Shown in pieces: positions 17,660-26,857 of a stretch of 64,000 nucleotides of DNA. This DNA is from Minisyncoccota bacterium (GTDB lineage: Bacteria > Patescibacteriota > Minisyncoccia > Phycocordibacterales > UBA9973), in NCBI GenBank assembly GCA_041664605.1, contig JBAYKO010000001.1, forward strand, positions 83,586 to 147,585, written 5' to 3'. The position numbers and the translations under genes were made by a program. The notes under the pieces are model-generated. The model ran no database searches. It saw only the letters and a list, made by a program, of their open reading frames with translations, and was not told the DNA's origin. Each line of letters begins with the position of its first letter. The stretch's first letter is position 1.

Positions 17660-19108
17660 ATGCAAAATAGAATTTATATCAAAGATTTAAAAAAGGAAAT
17701 AGAAAAAGAAGTAATTTTGGCTGGTTGGGTTGATGTTAGACGCGATCAAGGTAAAATGGTTTTCTTTGATATGCGAGATATGACAGGCAAAGTTCAGTGC
17801 GTGGCGTTGCCGAATCGCGAAGAAGTAATTGGGCAGGCCAAGGAAATTCGTCCTGAATGGGTTTTGAAAATTACTGGTTTAGTAAATAAGCGTCCAGATA
17901 AAAATGTTAATCCTGAAATTTTAAATGGTGATATTGAACTTGAAGTTACAAATATTGAAGTATTAAATAAGGCCGAAGCATCACAAGTTGATTTATCTAC
18001 TGACGGATTAGAAATTGGTGAAGAGCATAGATTGAAATATCGATATTTAGATTTACGCCGAGATCGTCTACAAAAAAATATTCGTAACAGACATAAGATT
18101 GCAAAATTTATTCGTGGTTATTTAGACAAAGAAGGTTTTATTGAAATTGAAACTCCAATACTCTCAAAATCTACTGCTGAGGGTGCGAGAGATTTCATTG
18201 TTCCATCTCGTCTTGATCAAGGAAAATTCTATGCGCTTCCACAGGCTCCACAACAATATAAACAACTTCTAATGGCTTCTGGAATGGAAAAATATTTTCA
18301 GTTTGCAAAATGTATGCGTGACGAAGATTTGCGTGGCGACAGACAGCCAGAATTTACTCAACTCGATTTAGAAATGAGCTTTGTTGACCGTGAAGATGTA
18401 ATGAGCTTGAATGAGAAACTTTTAATTGAAATTGTAAAAAATCTTTATCCTGAAAAAGAAATTCAAGAGATTCCATTTCCAAGAATTACATATAAAGATG
18501 CGATTGAAAAATATGGATCTGATAGACCAGATTTAAGAAAAGATCCCGACGGACAAGCTGACGGGACAGGTAAAAATAATAAAAATCTTTTGGCTTTTTG
18601 TTGGGTGATTGATTTTCCATTTTTTGAAAAAGCAAACAAAGATAATAATCCACAAGCAGAAGGGGAATGGACATTTACCCATAATCCGTTTTCTGCAGCT
18701 CAACCGCAATTTCATGATGATTTATTAAATAAGAAAAATATTCCGGAAATTCTTACTGACCAATATGATATTATAATGAATGGTAATGAATTAGGCGGTG
18801 GTTCAATTCGAAATCATAAACCCGAAGCTCTTTTGGCAGTTTATGACATCATGGGAGTAAAAAGAGAAGAAGTTGAAAAAAATCTTTTCTATATGTTAGA
18901 AGCATTCAGGTCAGGAACTCCACCACATGGCGGAATTGCATGGGGTTTTGATCGATTTGTAATGTTACTTGAAAATGAACCAAACATTCGCGAGGTGATG
19001 GCTTTCCCAAAAAATGGAGAAGGAAAAGACTTGATGATGGATTCACCAAATGAAATTTCTGAAAAAAATCTTAAGGAATTAGGAATTAAATTAGATATAA
19101 ATAAGTAG
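17660..19108 (+). CDS. aspS: Aspartyl-tRNA synthetase (class IIb), bacterial type lacking the GAD insertion domain
   Basis: OB anticodon-binding fold; motif 1/2/3 region (FRDEDLRGDRQPEFTQLDLEMSF; GGGSIRNH; GFDRFVMLL); LPQAPQQYKQLLM. YGSDRPDLR is followed by only about 25 aa before WVIDFPFFE, where the bacterial GAD domain normally sits. Confidence 0.85.
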   Translation: MQNRIYIKDLKKEIEKEVILAGWVDVRRDQGKMVFFDMRDMTGKVQCVALPNREEVIGQAKEIRPEWVLKITGLVNKRPDKNVNPEILNGDIELEVTNIEVLNKAEASQVDLSTDGLEIGEEHRLKYRYLDLRRDRLQKNIRNRHKIAKFIRGYLDKEGFIEIETPILSKSTAEGARDFIVPSRLDQGKFYALPQAPQQYKQLLMASGMEKYFQFAKCMRDEDLRGDRQPEFTQLDLEMSFVDREDVMSLNEKLLIEIVKNLYPEKEIQEIPFPRITYKDAIEKYGSDRPDLRKDPDGQADGTGKNNKNLLAFCWVIDFPFFEKANKDNNPQAEGEWTFTHNPFSAAQPQFHDDLLNKKNIPEILTDQYDIIMNGNELGGGSIRNHKPEALLAVYDIMGVKREEVEKNLFYMLEAFRSGTPPHGGIAWGFDRFVMLLENEPNIREVMAFPKNGEGKDLMMDSPNEISEKNLKELGIKLDINK

Positions 19109-19152
19109 AAAATTTGTAAAGTTAAAAGCCGGATTAATCCGGCTTTTATAAA

Positions 19153-19380
19153 TTAACTCACTTTTCCATCAATAAGAAATAAATTTGTTCCTCCAGGAGT
19201 TTTTACTTCTGTAAAACTATTGTCATTTTCCCACCAATGTAATTTATTGCAGACATTACAAGGAAATGCTGATACTATTTGTTCACGCCCTTTTACATTC
19301 CTACTTAATACTGCATGTTTTTTTACATCAATGTGTCCAATACATTTCTGATCAGTACACTTTTTACTTTTTTTTGCCAT
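19153..19380 (-). CDS. Hypothetical small zinc-ribbon protein (75 aa)
   Basis: CxxC...CxxC pairs (KKCTDQKC ... CNVCNK). Confidence 0.45.
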   Translation of the reverse strand: MAKKSKKCTDQKCIGHIDVKKHAVLSRNVKGREQIVSAFPCNVCNKLHWWENDNSFTEVKTPGGTNLFLIDGKVS

Positions 19381-19485
19381 TACTAAAATTATTTTTTAAT
19401 TACATTTCTATAAATAGCTTATCATATTATTTATTCTTTGTCAAACATGTAAATATCTGTAAAATATTATAAAATATATACATAA

Positions 19486-20244
19486 ATGGATAAGACAGAT
19501 AGTTATCAAATTAAAACACCTATTTTTGAGGGTCCGCTGGACCTGCTTTTAAATCTTATCGAAAACAGAAAGCTTTTTGTGAATGAAATATCTTTGTCTC
19601 AGGTAACAGATGATTATATTGAATACATTAAAAATTTTCCCAAAACCGATATGGCAGAAATTTCCGGTTTTATTATTGTGGCTGCAACTTTAATTTTAAT
19701 TAAATCAAAATCTCTTTTACCAAACGTTTCTTTGACTGATGACGAAGAAGTGCAAATTAGTAATCTTGAAGATAGATTAAAAATTTATAAAACGATAAAA
19801 GATTTAAGCGTAAATATTAAAAATAATTTTGGTAAAAATATTATTTTTAATAAGTCAGATAGAGAAATAATGGAGCCAGTTTTTATGCCCGATGAAAAAA
19901 TAACGATTGAAAATTTATCTGGTCTTATAAGAAGCGTAATAGATAATTTACCTAAAAAAGAAATTTTACAAAAAGTATCAGTTAAAAAAGTTATAAGTAT
20001 AGAAGAGATGATAAATAGCCTGACTGATAGAATACAATCAAATCTAAAAACAAGTTTTAAAGAATTATCAAAAAATAATAATGGGTCGCCGGAAATGGTT
20101 AAAGAAAACAAAATTTATGTTATTGTAAGTTTCCTAGCCATTCTTGAATTAGTGAGACAAGGAGTGGTGGCAGTAATGCAAGATAATAATTTTGATGATA
20201 TTCAGATCGAAAAAAGTGAAATATTAATAACTGAGAATTTATAA
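19486..20244 (+). CDS. scpA: Segregation and condensation protein A
   Basis: FEGPLDLLLNLIENRKL...ISLSQVTDDYIEYI, typical ScpA N-terminus. Confidence 0.85.
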   Translation: MDKTDSYQIKTPIFEGPLDLLLNLIENRKLFVNEISLSQVTDDYIEYIKNFPKTDMAEISGFIIVAATLILIKSKSLLPNVSLTDDEEVQISNLEDRLKIYKTIKDLSVNIKNNFGKNIIFNKSDREIMEPVFMPDEKITIENLSGLIRSVIDNLPKKEILQKVSVKKVISIEEMINSLTDRIQSNLKTSFKELSKNNNGSPEMVKENKIYVIVSFLAILELVRQGVVAVMQDNNFDDIQIEKSEILITENL

Positions 20245-20314
20245 GTTTATAAAGTAAAAATTATGAATAATATTTTGTCATTTTGCAAAATGACAAAATA
20301 TTAAATAAAAAACT

Positions 20315-20866
20315 ATGGATATAAGCAGTAAAATTGAAGCAATACTTTTTATCAAGGGTGAACCGGTTTCTTTCAAAAAACTGGCTGATCTTTTGGAAGT
20401 TAATATTTCAGAAATAAAAGAAAGTTTAGAAATTTTGGAAAAAAATTTAGAAAGTAGGGGATTACAACTCATTATTAAAGAAGATGAGGTAATGTTAGGA
20501 ACAAGAAAAGACTTAAGTTCTCTTTTGGAATTAATTAAAAAAGATGAATTAAATAGAGAATTAAGTAAAGCAAGTTTAGAGACTTTAACCATTATTCTTT
20601 ATAAAGAACATCCAACAAGAAGTGATATAGACTATATCAGGGGAGTTAATTCTAGTTTTATTTTAAGAAACCTATTAATCAGGGGTTTAATTGAAAGAGA
20701 AACTCACCCAACCGATCAAAGAAAGTTTATTTACAAACCAACCTTTGATTTACTTTCTTATCTTGGATTATCAAAAATAGACGAGCTTCCAAATTATCAA
20801 GATTTTCAAAATATTTTAACTAAAAGTGCTGAAGAAATAAGTGAATTAGAACAAGAAGAAATTTAA
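20315..20866 (+). CDS. scpB: Segregation and condensation protein B
   Basis: IEAILFIKGEPVSFKKLADLL tandem winged-helix pattern. Confidence 0.85.
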   Translation: MDISSKIEAILFIKGEPVSFKKLADLLEVNISEIKESLEILEKNLESRGLQLIIKEDEVMLGTRKDLSSLLELIKKDELNRELSKASLETLTIILYKEHPTRSDIDYIRGVNSSFILRNLLIRGLIERETHPTDQRKFIYKPTFDLLSYLGLSKIDELPNYQDFQNILTKSAEEISELEQEEI

Positions 20867-20871
20867 AATAA

Positions 20872-20902
20872 TAAAACCCCGCAATTTCTCGCGGGGTTTT
20901 TT
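20872..20902. terminator. Bidirectional terminator (CCCCGCAATTTCTCGCGGGG + T-run)
   Basis: Stem 20877-20896 between scpB (+) and ORF 20904-21182 (-). Confidence 0.8.
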
Positions 20903-20903
20903 C

Positions 20904-21182
20904 TTACCCAATGGTAAATTCAATAGAACGAGGATCAATAAAAGGTGTTTCAATTTTAACTGTCACACCTAATCCTTCAAAAATACTTGTAAGACACCTT
21001 ACTACATAATCAATGTCCCGATGATCATGTTCAAACAAAATATCACATCCATTTCCAAATTCTTTTATTTGAAATTTTGAAATTAAGATAAAACATTTTG
21101 CGAAAGCGTCTTCAATAATTTTTTGAAGTGATTCCTGTTCTCCATTAATAATGGGTCGATAAAAATGAACTTCTACTTTCAT
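20904..21182 (-). CDS. Hypothetical protein (92 aa)
   Basis: ORF only. Confidence 0.45.
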   Translation of the reverse strand: MKVEVHFYRPIINGEQESLQKIIEDAFAKCFILISKFQIKEFGNGCDILFEHDHRDIDYVVRCLTSIFEGLGVTVKIETPFIDPRSIEFTIG

Positions 21183-21527
21183 ACTCTACTGTTTTGGTTT
21201 TACGCAAGTAGCAGAGTCAAGGGTATAATCCGTTCTTCTTTCGTGGGGTTGGATTACTTAACCCTTGGGATATCAAAAGCACATCTAGCCGTGTGTGGAC
21301 CTCTCAATATCTCGGTCGTGTCATCTTGTACTGTTATTTCTCTTTATTCAGATCATAAGATCCAGCTGTACACCAAATAGGTTTTCCCGTAAGCCATGAA
21401 TAAATGTGTAATGGGCTAGCAAAACGCGATCTAACAATTCAGATTAAAGTATAGCATGTTCAATATACTTTGTCAAATAATTAAAATATATTACGAAAAT
21501 TGCTTGACCCATACACAGTGTGTTGGG

Positions 21528-21555
21528 TTGACAAAATATTTCAATTTGCTATCAT
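21528..21555 (+). promoter_or_regulatory. Sigma70-like promoter (TTGACA-16-TATCAT)
   Basis: Near-consensus -35/-10 with 16-nt spacer, upstream of small ORF and tRNA-His. Shares the TTTGCTAT spacer/-10 junction with the promoter at 56098-56125. Confidence 0.45.
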
Positions 21556-21749
21556 ATACTCACAAATGAATTATATATTTGCAAAACATCATAGCGTAAA
21601 TCATCTCCCATAAGGGGTATTTTACGTTTTTGTTTTAAATAAACTCTTAAAGTAAATACCTCTTTCCGGAGGTTTTTTAATTTCTTTAGGAGTTTTTTTA
21701 TTTGTATTTAGTAATAAATAATTATTTAAATTAAGGAAAGGAGGTAAAA

Positions 21750-21815
21750 GTGAAATTCCCAAAGATTAATTGTTCATTTGGTGGATCTCTGGGTGGTGCA
21801 GGTGTGCATATCTAG
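21750..21815 (+). CDS. Small ORF (21 aa, MKFPKINCSFGGSLGGAGVHI) with strong SD, GTG start
   Basis: AAGGAAAGGAGGT followed by 5 nt then GTG. Followed by a 14-bp perfect hairpin and then tRNA-His. Confidence 0.3.
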   Translation: MKFPKINCSFGGSLGGAGVHI

Positions 21816-21825
21816 AGAAAAAAAT

Positions 21826-21864
21826 GAGAGAAATTTAACGGGCAAGACCTGTTAAATTTCTCTC
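21826..21864 (+). other. 14-bp perfect stem-loop (GAGAGAAATTTAAC...GTTAAATTTCTCTC) between small ORF and tRNA-His
   Basis: Perfect inverted repeat. No T-run follows, so it may be a processing/stability element rather than a terminator. Confidence 0.5.
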
Positions 21865-21871
21865 AACTTAT

Positions 21872-21948
21872 GGTCTTGGTAGCTCAATTAGAAGAGCGCT
21901 CCGTTGTGGTCGGAGTGGTTGAGGGTGCAAGTCCCTTCCAGGACCCCA
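21872..21948 (+). tRNA. tRNA-His (GUG) with genome-encoded G-1 and 3' CCA
   Basis: Manual cloverleaf: G-1:C73 pair, acceptor GTCTTGG/CCAGGAC, D-stem GCTC/GAGC, anticodon loop TTGTGGT, T-stem GAGGG/CCCTT, CCA encoded. Confidence 0.8.
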
Positions 21949-22163
21949 TACTTAGTGATTAGGTCACTAAGTAAAATTTAATAATTAATCTTCTGGCTAA
22001 TAGCTAGTCACTAGGAACTAGAAGCTAACTTATGAGTTATAAAAAGAAAAAAAGGAAAAAGAATATTATTAATCAACTCAATTACCGTTTTGGGTTGATT
22101 AAAATTGTTCTTTTAAAAATGTATAAAAGATTTTTCCAGAAAACACTTAAAAAAGGAGGGAAT

Positions 22164-22955
22164 ATGCAATTACAACAAACAAGATCAATTATGCAAAAGC
22201 TTCGCGAAAGAGCTAGAATTATTCGCCCCAACAATCTTCGGATTAATGATTGGGTAGATGAATACATTAATGAATGTATTTTAAATGGTAAACCGGTCGA
22301 AATTTTAGTTCAATGTTGTACAGCTCTTGGGCTTGAAAAGAGAAAGCAACAACAAGGAGGAAAATTTATTCCATTAAAAGCAGAGATTAAACTTATTAAA
22401 GAAGAAATACCTAGCGCTATTGATCTTTTTCTTTCCAATAATGTAGAGGTAAGTATATTCTTCACTTTTAATAGATCATATGTAACACAACGGCGTCTTT
22501 CAAATGAAACTTTTGAAGAATATATGACTATGATTAAAAATATTGATATGGATAAGCAAACTTCTTCAAGAATAGTTTTTTTAGATTGGGAAGAAGATGT
22601 TCTTGGGGAACTTCCTAAGCCAAACATTAATGTTCTTACTAATTTTGATCAAATTGTTTCAAAAGAAGCTATTTCAATTGAATTAAATAATTTTATTCAA
22701 ATCTTAAGTAGATATCCTGACAAACAAGTTTCAATTGATGAATTACGTAATGAAGCAAAATTTAGAATTTCTTGTGAGGCAGAGGAAGGGAGATTTTTAA
22801 CAAGCAAAGAATCACCATTTTCTAATGGAGAATTTATTTTGATTCCATTTGAGCTTCCAGAGAGATATGTTTTCTTTAAAATTTTGGCTCCTGATTTTCA
22901 AAAAAGAATTGTGCCAATTTTAAAGCCATATCCATGGCGGATGAACATTGAATAA
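22164..22955 (+). CDS. Hypothetical protein (263 aa from ATG with strong SD AAGGAGGG)
   Basis: ORF with strong RBS. The longer ORF from 22032 is less likely. No recognisable motif. Confidence 0.5.
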   Translation: MQLQQTRSIMQKLRERARIIRPNNLRINDWVDEYINECILNGKPVEILVQCCTALGLEKRKQQQGGKFIPLKAEIKLIKEEIPSAIDLFLSNNVEVSIFFTFNRSYVTQRRLSNETFEEYMTMIKNIDMDKQTSSRIVFLDWEEDVLGELPKPNINVLTNFDQIVSKEAISIELNNFIQILSRYPDKQVSIDELRNEAKFRISCEAEEGRFLTSKESPFSNGEFILIPFELPERYVFFKILAPDFQKRIVPILKPYPWRMNIE

Positions 22956-23054
22956 TTCAAAATTCGACAAAATGAAACAGCGGTTATTTAACCGCTGTTT
23001 TTTGTCTTAGACTAATGCAAATAATGATTTTTTATACTATAATAGACAAATAAT

Positions 23055-24113
23055 ATGACCATAAATATGGTAAAAGTCTTTTTTCCAGCCATAGCTTGCT
23101 TTATAATCGGAATATCAATAACTCCGCTTTTAACTCATTTTTTTTATAAATATAAGATGTGGAAAAAGGCTTCTAGAAGTGCTGAAAATTCCGAAGAAAT
23201 GTCTGTAAACTTTAAAAAGATTCATAATGAAAAAGAGGAGTTGAGAACACCTAGAGTTGGAGGAATAATAATCTGGCTTAGTATTTTAATTACTATTCTT
23301 TTGATATTTCTAGTTTCAAAAATTTTTCCAACTGGGGCTACCCAAAAACTGAATTTTCTAAGTAGAAATCAAACTCTCTTACCTTTGTTTACTTTAATTT
23401 TTGCATCTTTAATTGGATTAGTGGATGATCTTTTTCAAATTTACGGCAAGGGTAAGTATGCTCGCGATCCAATTTTTTACAGAAGAATCAAAATTGCGCT
23501 TATTGTTGGAATTGGATTAGTTGTTGGTCTTTGGTTTTTTTATAAATTAGGAATGAATTCAATTGCAATTCCATTTGCTCACGAACTTTATATTGGGTGG
23601 TTATTTATTCCATTTTTTATTTTAGTAATGCTCGCATTTTTTTCTAGTAGTGTCATTGATGGGATTGATGGATTATCTGGTGGAGTTTTGGCTCCCGTTT
23701 TTGTTGCCTTGGGAACAATTGCTTTTATGCATTTGCAAATAGACATAGCTGTGCTTTGTTCTGTTATAACAGCCGGAATTTTGGCATTTCTATGGTTTAA
23801 TATTCCACCAGCCCGATTTTATATGGGAGAAACTGGTATGATTGGTTTGACTGTGACAATTACAGTTATTGCATTTTTAACTGATACAGTTTTAATTTTA
23901 CCCTTGATTGCGTTACCACTTGTTCTAACATCTCTTTCTGTAATTATTCAAATGATTTCTAAAAAATATTTTCATAAAAAAGTTTTTAGAATTGCTCCAC
24001 TTCATCATCATTTTGAAGCCCTTGGCTGGCCCTCATATAAAGTAACAATGCGTTTTTGGATTATATCTACCTTCTGTGCACTCTTTGGTGTGGTTATTGC
24101 ATTGATAAGCTAA
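23055..24113 (+). CDS. mraY: Phospho-N-acetylmuramoyl-pentapeptide transferase MraY
   Basis: Ten TM helices, GLVDDLFQIYG, GIDGLSGG, HHHFE motifs. Confidence 0.9.
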   Translation: MTINMVKVFFPAIACFIIGISITPLLTHFFYKYKMWKKASRSAENSEEMSVNFKKIHNEKEELRTPRVGGIIIWLSILITILLIFLVSKIFPTGATQKLNFLSRNQTLLPLFTLIFASLIGLVDDLFQIYGKGKYARDPIFYRRIKIALIVGIGLVVGLWFFYKLGMNSIAIPFAHELYIGWLFIPFFILVMLAFFSSSVIDGIDGLSGGVLAPVFVALGTIAFMHLQIDIAVLCSVITAGILAFLWFNIPPARFYMGETGMIGLTVTITVIAFLTDTVLILPLIALPLVLTSLSVIIQMISKKYFHKKVFRIAPLHHHFEALGWPSYKVTMRFWIISTFCALFGVVIALIS

Positions 24114-24151
24114 GATAAAGAAATAAAGTATTATGAATTAAGTATGAGAAA

Positions 24152-24183
24152 TAAAAAAACCCGCTCGACTGAGCGGATTTTTG
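24152..24183. terminator. Bidirectional terminator (CCGCTCGACTGAGCGG)
   Basis: Stem 24160-24175 between mraY (+) and ORF 24185-24388 (-). Confidence 0.8.
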
Positions 24184-24184
24184 T

Positions 24185-24388
24185 TTACGAATGTAATTTT
24201 CTGCTTCTCAAATATTCACAAAGGAAATAAATAAATGATAAAAAACAATAAATTGCAATTGCAAGGAAAAAGAGACCTGTGTATTTAAACTCTCCTTTAT
24301 AATCATGAGATATGATTACATACATTAATAAAACAAAAGAAACAAAATCTGAAATTGTACCTAAAATAAGTATTATTTTATTAAACAT
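24185..24388 (-). CDS. Hypothetical small membrane protein (67 aa, 2 TM)
   Basis: Hydrophobic. Confidence 0.45.
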   Translation of the reverse strand: MFNKIILILGTISDFVSFVLLMYVIISHDYKGEFKYTGLFFLAIAIYCFLSFIYFLCEYLRSRKLHS

Positions 24389-24509
24389 ATATATAAGAAC
24401 TTAATTTAATTTTCTATTGTAGAGTCTATCACATATATAATATTTTGTCAACAACTTTAAAAATAAAAATATCCTTTCAAATAAAGCGATTTTTGGTATA
24501 ATTTTTTAC

Positions 24510-24550
24510 AAGGAACGATCTTGAGTGTAAAACTTTTAAGGTCGCACCTT
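24510..24550 (-). repeat. 41-nt hairpin element copy 3 (inverted orientation), 22 nt upstream of ftsW ATG
   Basis: Reverse complement matches copies 1/2 at 38/41 positions (CACTCAAGATCG vs CACCCAAGGTCG). Confidence 0.65.
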
Positions 24551-24572
24551 TCAAAAAATTTTACAAATTGAA

Positions 24573-25667
24573 ATGACAAAAAAAATAGATAAAGTTTTTT
24601 TCTTTACAGTAATTACCCTTGTTATTTTAGGGGTATTTATTTTTATATCTGCATCTCTTGGAGTGCTTGCAAAAAACCAAACAAAATTTTATTCAATATT
24701 ATTTAGTCAATTGGTATTAGGGCTTTGCGGGGGAACATTAGCATTAATTTTATTTTCTAAAATTGATTATAAATTTTGGAGAAAATATTCTTTTTATATT
24801 TTTTTAGTATCAATTGCTTTTACTTTACTTGTCTTTGTTCCTGGTATTGGTTTTAGTCACGGTGGAGCAAAAAGATGGATATCGCTTGGTTTTACAACTT
24901 TTCAACCTGTAGAATTTTTAAAGATAGGTTTTATTATGTATTTTGCGGCTTGGCTTTCTTGGGTTAAAAATAAAGTTCAGGATTTTAAGTTTAGTATTTT
25001 ACCAACAACAATTTTACTCGGTGTTGTTGCTTTAGTTTTATTAAAACAACCAGACACAAAAAGTGTTATTTTACTTGTTTTAGTTTCTTGTGGAATGCTT
25101 TTAATTTCTGGAGCAAAAATCAGATATTTAATTTTAACTTTTATTATAGCTGTAATGGCACTAGGGGGATTAATATTATTTAGGCCATATTTAGCGGAAA
25201 GAATGAAAACTTTTGTTGATCCTAGTAGGGATCCGTCCGGTTCTTCTTATCAACTCCAACAATCTTTGATTGCTGTCGGTTCAGGTGGGATGTTTGGTAG
25301 AGGTTTTGGACAAAGTATCCAAAAGTACAGTTATCTCCCAGAACCTCAAGGTGACTCAATTTTCGCTGTTATAGGGGAAGAATTTGGCTTTGTTGGTTCA
25401 GTTTTATTTATTATATTACTACTAGTTTTTGCCTTACGAGGTTTAAAAATAGCTAATAAGTCTCCTGACACCTTCAGTAGACTTTTTGTTGCTGGAATTG
25501 TTATACTTATAACAGCTCAGTCTTTTATTCACATAGCCTGTGCAATTGGAGTTTTTCCTTTAACTGGTTTACCTTTAGTTTTTGTTAGCCAAGGAGGAAC
25601 ATCACTTTTATTATCTCTCGCTGCAATAGGAATTATTTTAAATATTTCTAAATTTCAAAAGAGATAA
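24573..25667 (+). CDS. ftsW: SEDS-family peptidoglycan glycosyltransferase FtsW/RodA
   Basis: 10 TM helices; GAKRWISLGFTTFQPVEFLKIGF; GDSIFAVIGEEFGF. Confidence 0.88.
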   Translation: MTKKIDKVFFFTVITLVILGVFIFISASLGVLAKNQTKFYSILFSQLVLGLCGGTLALILFSKIDYKFWRKYSFYIFLVSIAFTLLVFVPGIGFSHGGAKRWISLGFTTFQPVEFLKIGFIMYFAAWLSWVKNKVQDFKFSILPTTILLGVVALVLLKQPDTKSVILLVLVSCGMLLISGAKIRYLILTFIIAVMALGGLILFRPYLAERMKTFVDPSRDPSGSSYQLQQSLIAVGSGGMFGRGFGQSIQKYSYLPEPQGDSIFAVIGEEFGFVGSVLFIILLLVFALRGLKIANKSPDTFSRLFVAGIVILITAQSFIHIACAIGVFPLTGLPLVFVSQGGTSLLLSLAAIGIILNISKFQKR

Positions 25668-25720
25668 ATAGGGGACTGACATTAATAATTTTTTAAAAAT
25701 AACCCTTCTATTAGCAGGGT

Positions 25721-26857
25721 ATGAAATATATGAAAATTCTTTTTACAGGAGGTGGAACGGGAGGGCATTTTTATCCGATTATTGCGGTTGCAGAAAAAGT
25801 AAATAAAATTTTAGACAAAGAAAAAATTATAAATTCTAAACTTTATTTTATGTCTGATTCTCCTTATGACAAGAAGGCTTTATTTGAAAATGGAATAATT
25901 TTTGAAAAAATTTATGCTGGTAAAATGAGAACTTATTTTTCTGTGAAAAATTTTTTTGATTTATTTAAAATTTTTTTTGGAATAATAGGGTCAATTTTTA
26001 AAGTTTATTCAATATACCCCGATGTTATATTTGCAAAAGGTGGGTATGCAAGTTTTCCTGTTTTAGTCGCTGCTAGAATTTTTAAAATTCCAGTAATTAT
26101 TCATGAATCAGATTCTGCTCCAGGAAGAGTAAATGTTTGGGCTTCAAAATTTGCTGAGAAAATAGCGATATCTTATGAGGAAGCTATAAAATATTTTCCT
26201 GTTGATAAAACAGCTTTTACAGGTCAACCAGTTAGAAAAGAAATTGAAAGACCAGTAAAAGAAGGGGCTTATGAATATTTAAAATTGGAAGAAAATATTC
26301 CTGTAATTCTTGTTTTAGGAGGATCTCAAGGAGCGGAAAGAATAAACAATACAATAACAGATACTCTTTCGGATTTAATTTCCAAATATCAGATTATTCA
26401 TCAAGTTGGAGAAAAAAACCTTCCTATTGTAAAAGAATTATCTGAAGGAATTTTAAACAATAGTGACTATAAAGATAGGTACAAACCATTCGGTTTTTTA
26501 AATGATTTAGCTATAAAAATGTCAGCCGGAGTTTCTGATCTAGTTATTTCAAGAGCGGGTTCTACTATTTTTGAGATTGCTTCATGGGGAATTCCATCGA
26601 TTATAATCCCAATAACAAATTCAAATGGAGATCACCAGAGAAAAAATGCTTTTAATTATGCAAGAGCTGGTGCTTGTGTGGTTATAGAAGAATCAAATCT
26701 TACACCATCAGTTTTGGTTGCTGAGATAGAAAAATTAATAAATGATAAAGAAAAAATAGCAAAAATGAAAAGTGCAGCTTCAAATTTTTACAAGGCAGAC
26801 GCTGCTGATAAAATAGCTCTAGAAATCGTTAAAATAGCTATAAAACATGAAAAGTAA
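25721..26857 (+). CDS. murG: UDP-GlcNAc:lipid I GlcNAc transferase MurG
   Basis: FTGGGTGGHFYP N-terminal signature, GT-B fold. ATG at 25730 (MKILFTGGG) may be the true start. Confidence 0.88.
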   Translation: MKYMKILFTGGGTGGHFYPIIAVAEKVNKILDKEKIINSKLYFMSDSPYDKKALFENGIIFEKIYAGKMRTYFSVKNFFDLFKIFFGIIGSIFKVYSIYPDVIFAKGGYASFPVLVAARIFKIPVIIHESDSAPGRVNVWASKFAEKIAISYEEAIKYFPVDKTAFTGQPVRKEIERPVKEGAYEYLKLEENIPVILVLGGSQGAERINNTITDTLSDLISKYQIIHQVGEKNLPIVKELSEGILNNSDYKDRYKPFGFLNDLAIKMSAGVSDLVISRAGSTIFEIASWGIPSIIIPITNSNGDHQRKNAFNYARAGACVVIEESNLTPSVLVAEIEKLINDKEKIAKMKSAASNFYKADAADKIALEIVKIAIKHEK

